Positions 38,084 to 50,819 of a stretch of DNA of 64,000 nt are shown here, in pieces. Both the position numbers and the translations under genes were made by a program. A model generated the notes under the pieces. It did not search any database. It worked only from the letters and a program-made list of their open reading frames with translations, and was not told where the DNA came from. The number at the start of each line of letters is the position of its first letter. The stretch's first letter is position 1. Source of the stretch: Lingula anatina (Eukaryota; Animalia; Brachiopoda); the NCBI GenBank assembly GCA_051362555.1, contig CM120644.1, positions 24,264,534-24,328,533 of the forward strand, given 5' to 3'.

Positions 38084-38185
38084 GGTTCCGTGGCTCAGTT
38101 GGTAGAGTTCTCACACTCGGCGTGAAGGTTCTGTCCACCAGCCCTATACGACCTGAGAGACGAGCTTCCAACTTCCCACGGACCC
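38084..38185 (+). other. tRNA-like element (degenerate tRNA pseudogene or SINE head)
   Basis: A-box/D-arm TGGCTCAGTTGGTAGAG; acceptor-like pairing GGTTCCG/CGGACCC; B-box degenerate. Confidence 0.35.
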
Positions 38186-39869
38186 GCATACGGTAGGAGA
38201 CACAAATGTAAAAATTATCAACAAAGAATTTACATGAGTGTCTTTATTTATCTATTTTGTTTATCATTTTAAAACATTTGATAACGTTGAAGAGTGAAAT
38301 AATTCACGTCAGCGTAATTAAACCTTAAAACGAACTGAAAACAAACAATTCTGGCAATTTAGCTATATTTTTAACTTATTTAAGTGTTAGTCTAAACGAC
38401 ATTATATTAATAAAAAGCTTTTAACACATAAATCCTAATTGTGTATTTAATGAAAAAACCAAATTATGTGTTTTGCTTTCGCTTCATATTGCGTTTAAAT
38501 GAGTCAGCGTGCTGAAGTGAGATCCTGTTTTGTCATTAACCGGAAAATCCGGGTTTACAGTAAGTGGCACTTGTTGGGAACGGGTTTCATTTTCTGTTTT
38601 CTAGTCCTTATTTGAAGCCGGTTCCTGTTATCATGTTTACGCAGCTTTAAGCAGAAAGTAATACGGTAATTAATTAAAACTTTCTAATGCCTTACTTTTT
38701 AATATTTATCATTTCCGACTTGCTAATTACAACACTGTAATCTCAGACACAAAGCCTGCTCACCTGGCAAACGTTTCTTATCGTTTTACGTGCTTAAAAC
38801 AAAATATGATTTTTGGGGAAAGAATACATTCGTGTTGTGCGAATGTATTTGTTCTGAATATCGTCATACATCCGGAACTCAATCACGCGGTTTTCCAAAG
38901 AAATAAGATGCCCTGGAGAGGAAAAAACAGGTTTTATAGAGGCTTGGAAACTTGATTCTGTAATTATAACTAAGTAAGACAAATAAAAAACAAAAGATAT
39001 ACAGCAGAAGCTTGACATTTGGTGCTTATCGAACTCCTGTATCCTGCAGACCTTCTGAGAATTGTGTTGTACTGGTAGTTAACAGGATGTGATCACTTTG
39101 ACTAAACTGCACCTTCACAGAGATACATGAATAACATGCATCGAAACAAGCAATTTGTGGGTGTGTGTGTGTGTGTGTGTTTAAGTATGAAGGCTGGAAA
39201 GGCGAAATAAAAGAACAGAGCACATATCCCAGTGCAGACAAAACAATTCTTAATAAAGTTACAAGGGTAATTAGTCTACATGTCTGGTGAATAATTTGTT
39301 GTGGATGAAATGGAGCGTACCCTAAAATTCAGGGCTCAGGATGTTTTGCTGTTTTAATAACAGATATCAAAGGTGAGATTACATTGACCTCTGAAACTGG
39401 GGGTGGATGGGTGGTCGCACAGAGTCCAGCCGCACGTCCAACAACATTATATTCAAAAACTCAAGAAAAAGAAAATAGTAAGTCTTGTGAAAAAGTTCCC
39501 AAAATGCACTTTCAATATCTAACAGAAAAGATAAATGGGTAACCTAGATTTGAGGTCACAATTAGTCAATAGTTTTAGGCGGATATTGTATAGTTTCCTT
39601 AAATCAAGATTCCATTGCCATTTCAATTATTATTTTGGAAATTGCTTCCTCGACTGTACGTTTCGCAGGCGGGGTTAATTTTTGTAGATCCGTTTCCGTT
39701 AAAACTTGGTCAATAAAACCGACAAACTTTCAAACTCCTGTAGGGACGGAATAATGCCAAAAAGAAAGTAAAACATTCGTCAATATATAAGAAATAAACT
39801 TCTCCTTGATAACCCAAAGGACGGGGTGGTGTTATTTGTTTGAAAGACAGCAAGCGTTCACGTGAGGTA

Positions 39870-42800
39870 CCGTACTTGGATTAAGAATGTGTACATTTAC
39901 CCCGTGGACCATTTGAAGATTACACTGCGATTAATGCGGTGGAAAATACAATAGAGAGAGTGTATAATGATAGGGTCGCTAAACGATTGTTGACGGCATA
40001 TAGTAACTAGCCTAATCCCCTGGTGGCCTGGGTATCCACGCCCCCTTAGAGTATTTATGTAAACAAACGGTCTCCCGTAGCGAACTATCCTTTTGTTCAA
40101 CAGCTTCGCGCGTGCAGCTGATTATGTATGTAGTGACACTATAGCTAACTGCATATAAATTTGTGCTAGCTGTTATTTGATTCATTCTGCTGTGTCGGAT
40201 GTTGTGGATCAGCCCACTGGTTCGTTGACTTATGTTTTTTCTGAAGATTTGTGGAGCAGATTTTGAGTGCTTAATTATTTACCCTCCTTCTAACAAGAGA
40301 AAGGGGAAGGGAGATAAAAAGAGACAGAGTGTCAAATGAAACGGGTAATGAGTAATACATTACAGTAAATAAAGGGACTCGCGGTGGAAGAAACGATAGA
40401 CTGTTTTGCATTAAGGTATGCCCTTATAATCCGACATGGCCCATAACATGATCCATGACATGACTCATTGTTGTATGACTTATATTTGTGCCGACTTACA
40501 TTTTACTCTCGTTCATTTCGTGAAACTCTTTCCTTGAATAAAGTTTTGCCTGTATAAATTAACTTTGTGACATGAAATAATTAATTAAACGCGTCTGTTG
40601 AAAAGGGGGCTTTTCGTAACTAATAAAGGTTCATTCACTATTCAGAAAAATATCGTCGCCGTTCGTCGCCGCTACCTTCAGGAAAGCGTACCCTCCGCGT
40701 GGATCACCGGCATTTTTGATCATCTGACAAATTAGGGCAATTTACGTTTTAGCTAATAATTCTTAATTTACTAATATTTTGGACTAAATTCGATGTCAGA
40801 TTCATAGCAATGACGGAGAGCCGCCAGAGTAACTGTTTAATTTTCTACACTAATCAAACTAGAACGCGTGGCGATAAAATGTGTCGCTAGATCTTGTAAA
40901 CACTCAGCGAAATGCACCTAGTGACTATATTCAATGTGCCGTCACTTAATTGCTTTCTCGATTTCATTAATTGGCGATTATAATTGCAGATAACAAGGAA
41001 GAGGAAATGCTGAAGACAAAACAACGTCGGGTCTTTGTGTGACTTTCTCCCTAAACACTTTTTATGTTGCTGTCAAAGAAAAAGGAGTCTAGATAGCGAT
41101 TATTTAAACCACTGCTGCTGCTTTTGCAGGTAGACTTCCTCGTTTATCATTTAAATGCTCCCCTCCCCCAGCAGACCCAACTTGATGCATGTACGTCTTG
41201 GTAGCTATAGTACAGATCTTGGTTCAAGTAATGAAAGGTTTAAGCACAAAACGATAATTTGAGGCTATTTTTTGATTCAAGACAAAATTAGGTATCTATT
41301 CTTACAGTCGGCATGACGTCACAAGATGGCCGCCACGCCCGGACTAGGGTAAAACAATCTGTAAGCTCCATTACTCCCCATGTTAAAATTATCAACTTTG
41401 ATCGTCTGTATCTCTCACACCGGTAGATAATTAAACTTGACAACTGTTTAATTATATCAACATAGGTATTTAGTGTCAGGAAATGGCCATCAAGGACCTT
41501 TTCTAGCATTGATGCCGATTTTATCAGCGATTGAAATGCACCTCTCTTACACTGTAATTATATGAGCTGCAGTTACAGTTCTGATTGTTTTTCAGGTAAG
41601 AAGTTCCAATGGCTTTGTTATCGGATGAATCTGTCCACTGACAGCGATTGAACAGAACTTACCTGGATCCTCAAACAATCATAGAGCCCTTTGAGGTGGT
41701 TTCATTGGAAGAAAGTGGTCTTATCAGTTGGTGTCATTGTAGCAAATAGAACTAAAATAGATATGATCTTCACAGGTGTGGTCATTGTATTTGTCTTTGA
41801 AAAGGGGGTTGAAAGAAAGCTCTAATGACAATTTACTAGTCTGATTTTATTACTGAAAGTACATGCCATTTTGAGAATTTGAACAATTTTTTCTAGTAAT
41901 TTTTTAATTCCCATGTTGCTGCAGACAGAATTCTGAGATCATGGACAGAATAAAATTTTTACATACTCAATAAATCATTTAATTTTTGTACTATGAAGTG
42001 TGTGAATGGCAATAATGTGCTATTGGAACAGATAAGTAATACCTTTTCTTTGTGATGTTGCACACTTTCATCAAGAGGATAGAACGCAAGAAAGGCTATC
42101 AATGCACATACTCCAGTATATGAACTGGAAGAAACAAGCGGGTGGAGCTGTTTGCTGAGTAAAATCTATTAACCCATGCAATTAGAAAAAAACACTCAGC
42201 AATCAAATTTTTGTTATGGATTGGACACTACTGTTATATTTGCTTAAGTGTGATATAGAAATTCTAATTCATTTTTACTGTACAAATGTTAATTCAGAAT
42301 GGAACTTTACAGCGTATGTCAAGGAATTTTATAACTCCTTTCTTACGTACCTTATACATGTAGATAGAAATAAAATGTAAATTTAAAGTCAACAAGTTTT
42401 ATTGTATCTTTCATTTTGCATTTTGTTTAAGAATTCAAAGTGATTTATGACGGTTAAATATGCATTCAATTCAGATTTTTATAGATCGTACTTTGTATTG
42501 TGATATTGAGTCTGATGTTCTAAAAATGAAAATGAAATCACTACCGTATAAATTTATATTATTTTCTAAAAAAAAAAAAAAAAAAACACCATGAACTTCA
42601 TTTAGCATCAGAGTCAAAAATGATTTGTAGATTTTGACAATTTATAAAGATTTAAGTGAGGCTTTCATTCAAAACTTTTTGTTTAATTGGATAATTATGG
42701 ATGAATCTATTTATGAAAAATAATTTTGGCAGGCCTCTAATGAAATTTTTTACGTTTTTGCAGAAATTATAAAAGCTAAAAAAGTATTTCATAGTCTCTT

Positions 42801-43644
42801 CAAACATAATCCAGACAACAGTAGAAAAATAAATTTTAATGAAAAACACAGCAGTGACAAATTAAAATTCTTTTTGAAAGCACATTAATTGCATTACTTG
42901 AGACACCTGCTTCGAACACGTCAGGACTGAGCAGTGCTACCCAAGCCTCCTTTTCTAGCTTATCAAATCTTTCAAACTGAGACCTCTAAAAGCAATATGA
43001 ATATAATAATTTTCTTTGTTTAGATAATGATTTTATTATACAAGAATTCTGACTGTATATTAATGAACTGGGTGCGTGTCCCAGTAGGAAAAATTGCTTT
43101 AAAAATAGTACACCACCATCGTTGATAAAGTCGCCACTGACGCTAGAAAATCCTTTTGATGGCAATTTCCCTGAGCTAAATACGTAAGTGAATATCAACA
43201 AACAGTTGTCATGCGTATTTGTTCACAGATATACTTGATACAGACGATAAAATATACCTATTACAACATGCATCTGGTGTAAACTGAAATTGCAGCCCGT
43301 TGGAGGAGTGTTGGTATTATCGCTGATAAAATCACCATCAGCTCTAGAAAATCCTCCTGAGGCCCATTGACCGACGCTAAAAACCCTAGTGAATATAACC
43401 AAGTGGTTGTCACAAGTAATTGTCCTCTGGTCTGCTTGATATGAACGATCAAAGTTCACCAATTTAACATTGAGAGTAATGGGCGCAAGCCAATGTTTTA
43501 CCCTAGTCCAAAATGAGAGCCTCGTTCTGGGTTCGGTAATCCTGTAACCGACTGTAAGAATGGTGTGTGACAATAGGGACTTTACAAAGCTTAATTTGTC
43601 CTTAAATATACTGTATATTCCAGTAGCATAGGCGAGCGACGTAA
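39870..43644 (+). repeat. Left arm of long inverted repeat (interrupted by the 41300-43559 insertion)
   Basis: 39870-41299 and 43560-43644 are the reverse complement of 59713-61360. Confidence 0.92.
41300..43559. mobile_element. 2.26-kb TIR element with AT duplication
   Basis: AT|TCTTACAGTCGG...CCGACTGTAAGA|AT; imperfect inverted homology extends ~250 bp; the empty site is visible in the right arm at 59799. Confidence 0.85.
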
Positions 43645-43855
43645 TTGTAACCTCAACCTGAGGTATCTCCCATGAAAGTGGAGTACAAAAATTAACTTTT
43701 TTAAATATAGATTACAACATGCTGTACAATGACAATGAGTCTTAAAAGGTTTAATGGACTTCTTTGCCTTAAAAGCAATTAATTTCAAAATTAAAAGAAA
43801 CAGTTTTTTTTTTCGGCGAGCGTGGGTAGACAGTTTACGTCAGGTGATTCGTTAA

Positions 43856-46728
43856 AGTCGAGGAGTGTTTCACTATCAAATGTGTAAATCATATATGTCA
43901 TAAAACACTATAAGAAAGTTTTTTTGTTACGATCTGCAACATTTGTTAATTTATATAGCAGGGCGAAGTTAACGCCAGAGGTAAATAGAACCTAATACCG
44001 TAATCCTCCTCGTCCATTTATTTAAATCATATCAAAACGTTTGATACACAATGTTCATTAATGTCATAATTTTGGCGATTTATTATAACCATATTGGTAC
44101 ATAATAGATTGGCATAAGTTAAGCAACAACCAGTGTGAAGAACAACACCCTTTTTAAATGAGGCAAGGCACCCTCTTCACACTGATTATAACCTTGAGAA
44201 AGACATTATGCAACAAGGCAAGGGAGTTATGCAAAGTTCTTTCAACTCATGTGTGAATACAACACATTCTATGTCACTTTTACAAGACAATGGAGGCGAG
44301 CAAGTAGAGTAATTACAATATACAATAAAAAGGACATTAGTTAAGAAAGCTTACTTCGGGTCAGCCCTTTGCTTGTTCGGATGAAAGAGATGGATATCTC
44401 GCCGCGACTCCCTTCGTGTGTTTGTGTGAAAGTGTGAAAGACAGGCAACGGTCTTGAGTCGCTGTTGATATTGTTCTCGATCAATATTGAAGTATAACTC
44501 CTTCGCCTGCATGTAAACGTGTTACTTTTCCTTATGTTCACTATATTTCTTCTAGGTGGTTGAGACAACGTGATTAGATCGATAAAAGTAAAGGTTAATC
44601 TAAACAATTAGATGCGATTTTTGTGAAATGACTTATTAAGTGATGTGCATGTACCTAGCATGTTTAAATTCTTGAATTTCTAATTTATAAAATCTTTCAT
44701 ACACGGCTTCATATATGTATTACTCTCAGGCCATACTCTTCGATATTATTGTGTTATACGGGACTCCTGGAAACCTGAAGCACAGGGCTACGGAGTCTTG
44801 TTATCCTTCATGCAGTTTTATGGCTGGGATGAACACTGCGAAGTAGAAACGGGCTTTACTTAGCTTTACGTAATATACGACAGTTTAAACAAAACCAGTC
44901 TGCAAGGCTTGCTTTGATTTGGCGTTAACCTTACACTGGTTTTAAAAGAACAAATATAAATATGTTCGATGGATTAAATGCCGGCTTCGTTATATTTTTA
45001 ACTAAATGCGTTCATTTGCACAGTTACACAGGTAATATTTTTAAGTTGTCTGTCGTTCAGCACGCATTATAGGCGAGTAGCTAAATAGTGACGATGATCA
45101 ATCCAAGTACAATCTTGGCAAGTATTGTTTACAAAATAGATCATGATGAATAAACTTAATTACGCTTTAATAAATAATAAACACAAGGTTCGGTTATTGT
45201 CACTTGAAAGCTTTCGATCAAAGACGTTCAATGAAATCACAAATCATTTGACGATTAAAAATGGACAGGTTCAAGGGGCAGTTTTTGTTTCAGCTAAAGG
45301 GACTTCAGGTTCAGGTAGAGGGTTCAGTTACGTGTTTCATCGGATGATGGTAGCATCACGCCCTAGGTCTAAGCGAGTTGAATAGAAGCTTTTTATCCAA
45401 ACATCCTATTCCTAACTACTGAGTTAGGACAAAGGTCTAGTAACATGCACTGTGCAATTACTATTAATGGATCAGATGCATACTTGATTGTTTTTCCTCT
45501 GGTGTCGCACGTATGCATCCTTTCTTGAGTGATCTAAAACAAGTCGCTAGTGTACCATATTTCTCACTGTAGCAAAATATGTTCGACTTGGCGGTTCTGA
45601 ACGGCAGCCGGATTTTATTATGTCAGTTAAAAAAAATTGAAGACCTTCATTATTTACCATCAGTCCTCTCATTGATACACCTGTGCTGTTGAAATACAAT
45701 GATAGGACAAGATATGAAAAGCATTCAAATTTAATCACATATAATGCAGTCTTCTAAAAAATTACATATCAAAATGTAAGTAAATAAAATCACAAAAATT
45801 AGAATGACTAACATGCACCAGAGAGCTCAAAACCATCCAGGTCAGTTTTAAAATTAACCTGTTAACTAACCCTTCAATTTAAAAGGTTTTAGATTGCGTG
45901 GGGCCCTCATTTCTACCAATTCAGGGGCAATAACTGCCTTCCAATATTTCTTGTTTGCAGACATTATCTCAGCAATAAACACATCATCTCTGTAAACTCT
46001 CTCCACAGCAGGTTCCCCTACAGGTGACCACATAACAAAATCGCACCAACTAAGACCTGTAACACCCAACTGAAATTGAACTTGATAATAGTATCCATGA
46101 GATCTTTTCAATGTAAATTACCATTGTTGATCTTGAAACATTGGGACGACATTTCCTTTTTCATCTCCCCTCTCTCAACAGCACTTTTTAACTCAACTGG
46201 TGACCTGTGACTAAAAATCTTCAACACCTTCATTTCTACACATCCCATACTGTGATTTTCTGATGGGTCTTTTACTATTCCATCAGGACTACAGGCAAGA
46301 CAGGGTTCTACAACATTTACCCATAATCCAGTGGGCTGTACCTCTACCAGTGGACACTGCTGTTTCATGTAAGCAAAATAGTCCATTCTTGCTTGCTCTT
46401 CTTTCTACAAACCTTCCTGCATGTACCTAGTGACGACCTGATGGAGTCCCCACACTTTTCTTTGAACAAACTTCAAAGAAGCTTCACTTCGCCTTTTTCT
46501 GGTACCATTTTCCCCCATCAATGGTAATATCGATGTCTACGGACCTTCCACTTGCTATGCAATCATTGCATCTAGATTAAAAACAAAAAACAAACATTAG
46601 CAATGATCGAACACCCAAAGACAAGTTATTTTTGGAGGGAAATGATCTAAAAAACAATGATCAGCCCCAATAATAAATCTCTCCTGCACCAACTTGTATG
46701 TCTATAATGCCACACAAAACACTGACTT

Positions 46729-46764
<36 letters not shown>

Positions 46765-47881
46765 AAAGAACATTGGTCATAAAACTTGAAATGTGTAAAA
46801 CATTATAAAAAATATATTTGGTTCAATAGTATGAGTACTGTCAGTAAATAACTACTCAGCTAATGTTTGCACTTTAAATTAAGACACATTAAATTCTAAC
46901 TTAGTGTAGGCCTACCTGCATCCAGTTCAACAAAATGTTCAATCAACTGACATGTTCTAAAATAATTCAGTACATTTTTAAAACTAATTATATCTAATTG
47001 ACATCAAAGGCCTATAATAAACCTTGAAAGTCTAAATCATACATGCAACCTGGAAATAAAAAAAAAAAAACTCTTAAGCTATCCACTTGTGCAGTGGGCC
47101 CTATGAAACGAGACCGCCATTTTCATTTTGTTTATATACACACACAAGGATACAAGAGCAACGTGTTATACTTACGCTGATAGAACAGTCAAAGTTTGGC
47201 CATTAGTACCCACATTGACTAAACCATCTCAAAACTATAGGAAGACGACATTTTATTGCACCGTAGTTATATTAACACGATAGTACAGTACAAGGCTTCT
47301 GAACATGACACTGTGAAGTCCGGTCGCATTTTGATACACACGTAATATGTTTACTAGTATATTCATTCCACCCGCGAAAACCTATCAGTGATATCGATGA
47401 TAGCAACTGCGAGTTACTCATATTTCACTGATGTAGAGACATACATGAATATTTATAAGAACGTCTCTTTCCGACACACGTGTTTTACAGTCACAAGAAA
47501 TATCACTGAACCTACATTTCGACCAGTTCACTCCGGTTTCCACTAGATTTTAAGCCCCTGCAGGCAAGCCAACGTCTCAACTGGATATTGGAATGTTCAG
47601 CTGCTGTTTCATAGGAAAATTTTGCTCCCGGGACATCATCCTCGGTCAATCTTACGAAGGAAACCGTTGGTGTCCCTTCCTTCGCCATTGAAATTCAACG
47701 TGCAGACTGCTGTGCTTGTCCGACTTCCGCGTTCAGCAGTGAACTCATTAATATGCATGAGATAGTAGTGACGCAATAGGTTGCTTCTCGCTATTGTATA
47801 GGCATGGTTTAAGCTTTTTCGAGAGATAATAACAGTCGCGTTTAACAATAGATAGCGAGCTATAGTAAGACCCCCTCCTCT
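43856..47881. mobile_element. Possible decayed Kolobok-type element carrying the YqaJ gene
   Basis: TTAA|AGTCGAGGAGTGTTTCACTAT versus reverse-complement TTAA|AGAGGAGGGGGTCTTACTAT; TIR match is weak. Confidence 0.35.
45866..47688 (-). pseudogene. Transposon-associated SAP + YqaJ/lambda-exonuclease gene, decayed (exons 47688-47516 and 46571-45866)
   Basis: Exon 1 encodes MAKE..LTEDDVPGA..QLRRWLACRGLKSSGNRSELVE (SAP-like). Exon 2 has DGGKWY, then LACSPDG, VEMK and YYYQVQFQLGVTGLSWCDFVMW, with a stop and frameshifts. Confidence 0.85.
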
Positions 47882-48997
47882 TTAACTGATGATTTACAAT
47901 TTTAATTGACCGTACTTTCGTATATGGTATGATCACACAGCCAGACTTCCCCCTGTTGCACGTTGTAGTTGGATTGTCATTGGGCCTATGTCAATGCACC
48001 TCATTTAATTTCAATATTTTAATATAAGCATAATATAAGTAATATATTCTTTCCCTATTCCTCTTTCATTATCATTCATGTTTTATAAATACTTGAATGC
48101 TTGAATGCAGATATTTCAAATTAAAACGTAAGTACATAAATGAATTATACATTTATAAATTAATGGAATAAGAATTTTTTTGAGACAGATTGATGCTGAC
48201 GCTCATGCATTTCAACCAAACAAACAATAATTAGTTCAATTTTTGACTGCGGAAATTTCTTATAGGATGAAATAACTGATAACAAATTTAACTAGCAGTT
48301 TGTTAGCAACACTAAAAACCAGCTGCACGTGCCAAACTAGTGAACAAAATGACAGTTCGCTTCGCGTGGCACGCCTTAGCATGGGTTTTAGCCTCTTAAA
48401 GCTATAATCCTATCGCCGCAACAAACAATAGGGACCCTCTGGCTGATGTATCCTGCTGTTAATTACACCTAGTTACAGCGGATTGTCGCGCTCACGCTGG
48501 ACCACAGAAACCAGCCTCATGGGGTTCACTCGTATAAGTATTGTGTTATTCCACCTAAGCTATTGTGTTTGTGCGTTCGAATTTTGAAGGGGTTTATACG
48601 GCCCTCCATTGTATTCACAAGATAGGGATTAAAACATTTCGAACGTTGTTACACCGGTGTACAACGGAAACAAAATTATTCCGACCACTGTAAAGGTCAC
48701 TAAAAGTGCTCGCATTTGTGTCACGGGCATGCATGTTATTTAAATTAGTCTGTTTTAAGTGCAAAGGAAAAAAACAGGAACGCATTGATTTATTATTAAA
48801 TACAGTCGCGAATAATGAATACAGTCGTAAAATATAGGATCACATATACTTATTAAGTCTTAAAATTACAATAATGTAAATGTTAATTAAAAAATATACA
48901 GTAAATAATTAGTGTTATTATCAAAATTGTTTGTTAGAAAATGTGTGAGAGAAAAATACTTTTTTAAGATCAAATCATTGCTCCAGTTAAGTTTTAA

Positions 48998-50030
48998 CCC
49001 TCAAGAGACCAAGCTATTTTACTGACTGAAATGACCAAGTGGGGTCATCTATGACCCCATTATGCTCTGTACAGGGATCCTTATTATATAAGGCTGTTGA
49101 TGGTTTATCACACCTTTACTACTCCTAGGATTTAAGACAAGTATTCAATAATGATCTAATTTAATAAGTATTCGCTAATAATACTTTTATTGCATAGAAT
49201 AACCAAGCACAGATTTTAAGAACAACATTACACAGTATTTAGACAGTCCTTGTCAGTCTCTTCTTGCAGAAGTATTTCTCTTTTTATTTGCCACACTAAA
49301 TGAAAAAAGTACATTACAAAATTACTTTGAGTAAAAATATATTGACTTATGTTGAGATAGCATCCTGCTAAATTCAATAAGAATAATTAGCTGACTTGCT
49401 GAGTAGGGAATACCCTAATGCTGGTAAGGAAGTCATACTACTCAGGACACATTCAATCAACCTACATGTGTGTTACTACCACATCTGTGTATAAAACAAA
49501 ATCCACACATACAATTTGTTAATATATGTATAATATGATGTTGAAAGTATTCTTTAGATTTCCAAAATACCCCAAAATTGTAACCGTCAAACTGAGAGAC
49601 CCAATTATGAGAACACGTTCCAACAAAGCTACTGAAATTAGATTCAGCGATTCACTGTTAGTAACACTTCAAGCACAATCTTCACAAACCACTTATCTGT
49701 GCCATTGTTTTGGGCACACTGGCTGGTTGCATGAAACACATGCATGTGACATTACTCTGTCAGTGTTGCTAGGGCAAAACATTTGAATAAAATTTAAAAA
49801 CTAATATTTAAAAGCCAATGCTTCTCTTTGGGGTCATAAATGACCCCACAAGAGTTTGTGATGTATACGCCATACTAATTGATTGATCCCTACAAAAAAC
49901 TGTGAAAGTGTGTAGGATTAGTAGACTGACAAACTCATGCAAGGAAAGAAAATTCGAATAAAAAATAAAGAGATGGCGTATTAAATCATATGGCTGGGGT
50001 CGTAAATGACCCCACTCGGTCACTTGAGGG
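48998..50030. mobile_element. piggyBac-like MITE
   Basis: TTAA|CCCTCAAGAGACC...GGTCACTTGAGGG|TTAA; subterminal GGGGTC(N6)GACCCC palindromes. Confidence 0.85.
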
Positions 50031-50151
50031 TTAAACTCGTCCGCATTGCCTTTGATTGATAAACAGTACCACTGCACGGCAAAGAGCCCCATAGATTACA
50101 GATTTGCTGAATGTGTTGATAATGGTAACCTTTGCTGTAATGATAAGTCAG

Positions 50152-50208
<57 letters not shown>

Positions 50209-50819
50209 TACTTGTCTATGTGTACCAACCGAGGACATCAGCACAACACCATACAACCGAGGACATCTTATTCCTTGGTTAAATCAAAATAAAAACATTC
50301 AATTTTGGGTAAAATCTATTCGAGTATGAATGTTATAAATTAATTTTTTATAAAAACTAATTTTTTGCTGACAAGAATTTTACATTCTAACCGAGGACAC
50401 ACACGGACACACACACGGACAGACACTACACATTACAACCGAGGACATGCATGCATCTACATGTAATAATGATTGTACTTTTAATGCAAAGCAAATTTTA
50501 TATAGCGTTACTTTGCAGCAATTCACATTTTTATGAAATTCTTTCATATTTAAGGTAAATTCCAAAATAACACCAGAGGTGATTATTAAATGAACAGTTA
50601 TACAATATTTAATGCTGGGCTTTGCCACTTTTTTAGAATTGAAGATTATGAGATAAAACATCAATTAATTTAGGAAAAGAAAGGATACTGATGAAATAAA
50701 ATAAAAGACCAAAGAAATTCGTTTTCAAACATTTTATTTTCATAATGCTTACTATATTTTCTATTTAGCACTCTTTTATTATCATGAATTTTATATTTTG
50801 ATACCACAAAGTGTCGTCC

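Noticed and set aside
42986-43573. Minus-strand ORFs sharing an apparent repeated protein motif (IFT.VFS....S.GFS...GDFI.D)
   Set aside because: The same DNA occurs inverted at 41300-41550 with stops; it is the subterminal repeat of a TIR element, not a protein repeat
44355-44520. Possible minus-strand exon MQAKELYFNIDREQYQQRLK... ending at a gtaag donor
   Set aside because: No recognisable domain or partner exon; cannot be supported without RNA-seq
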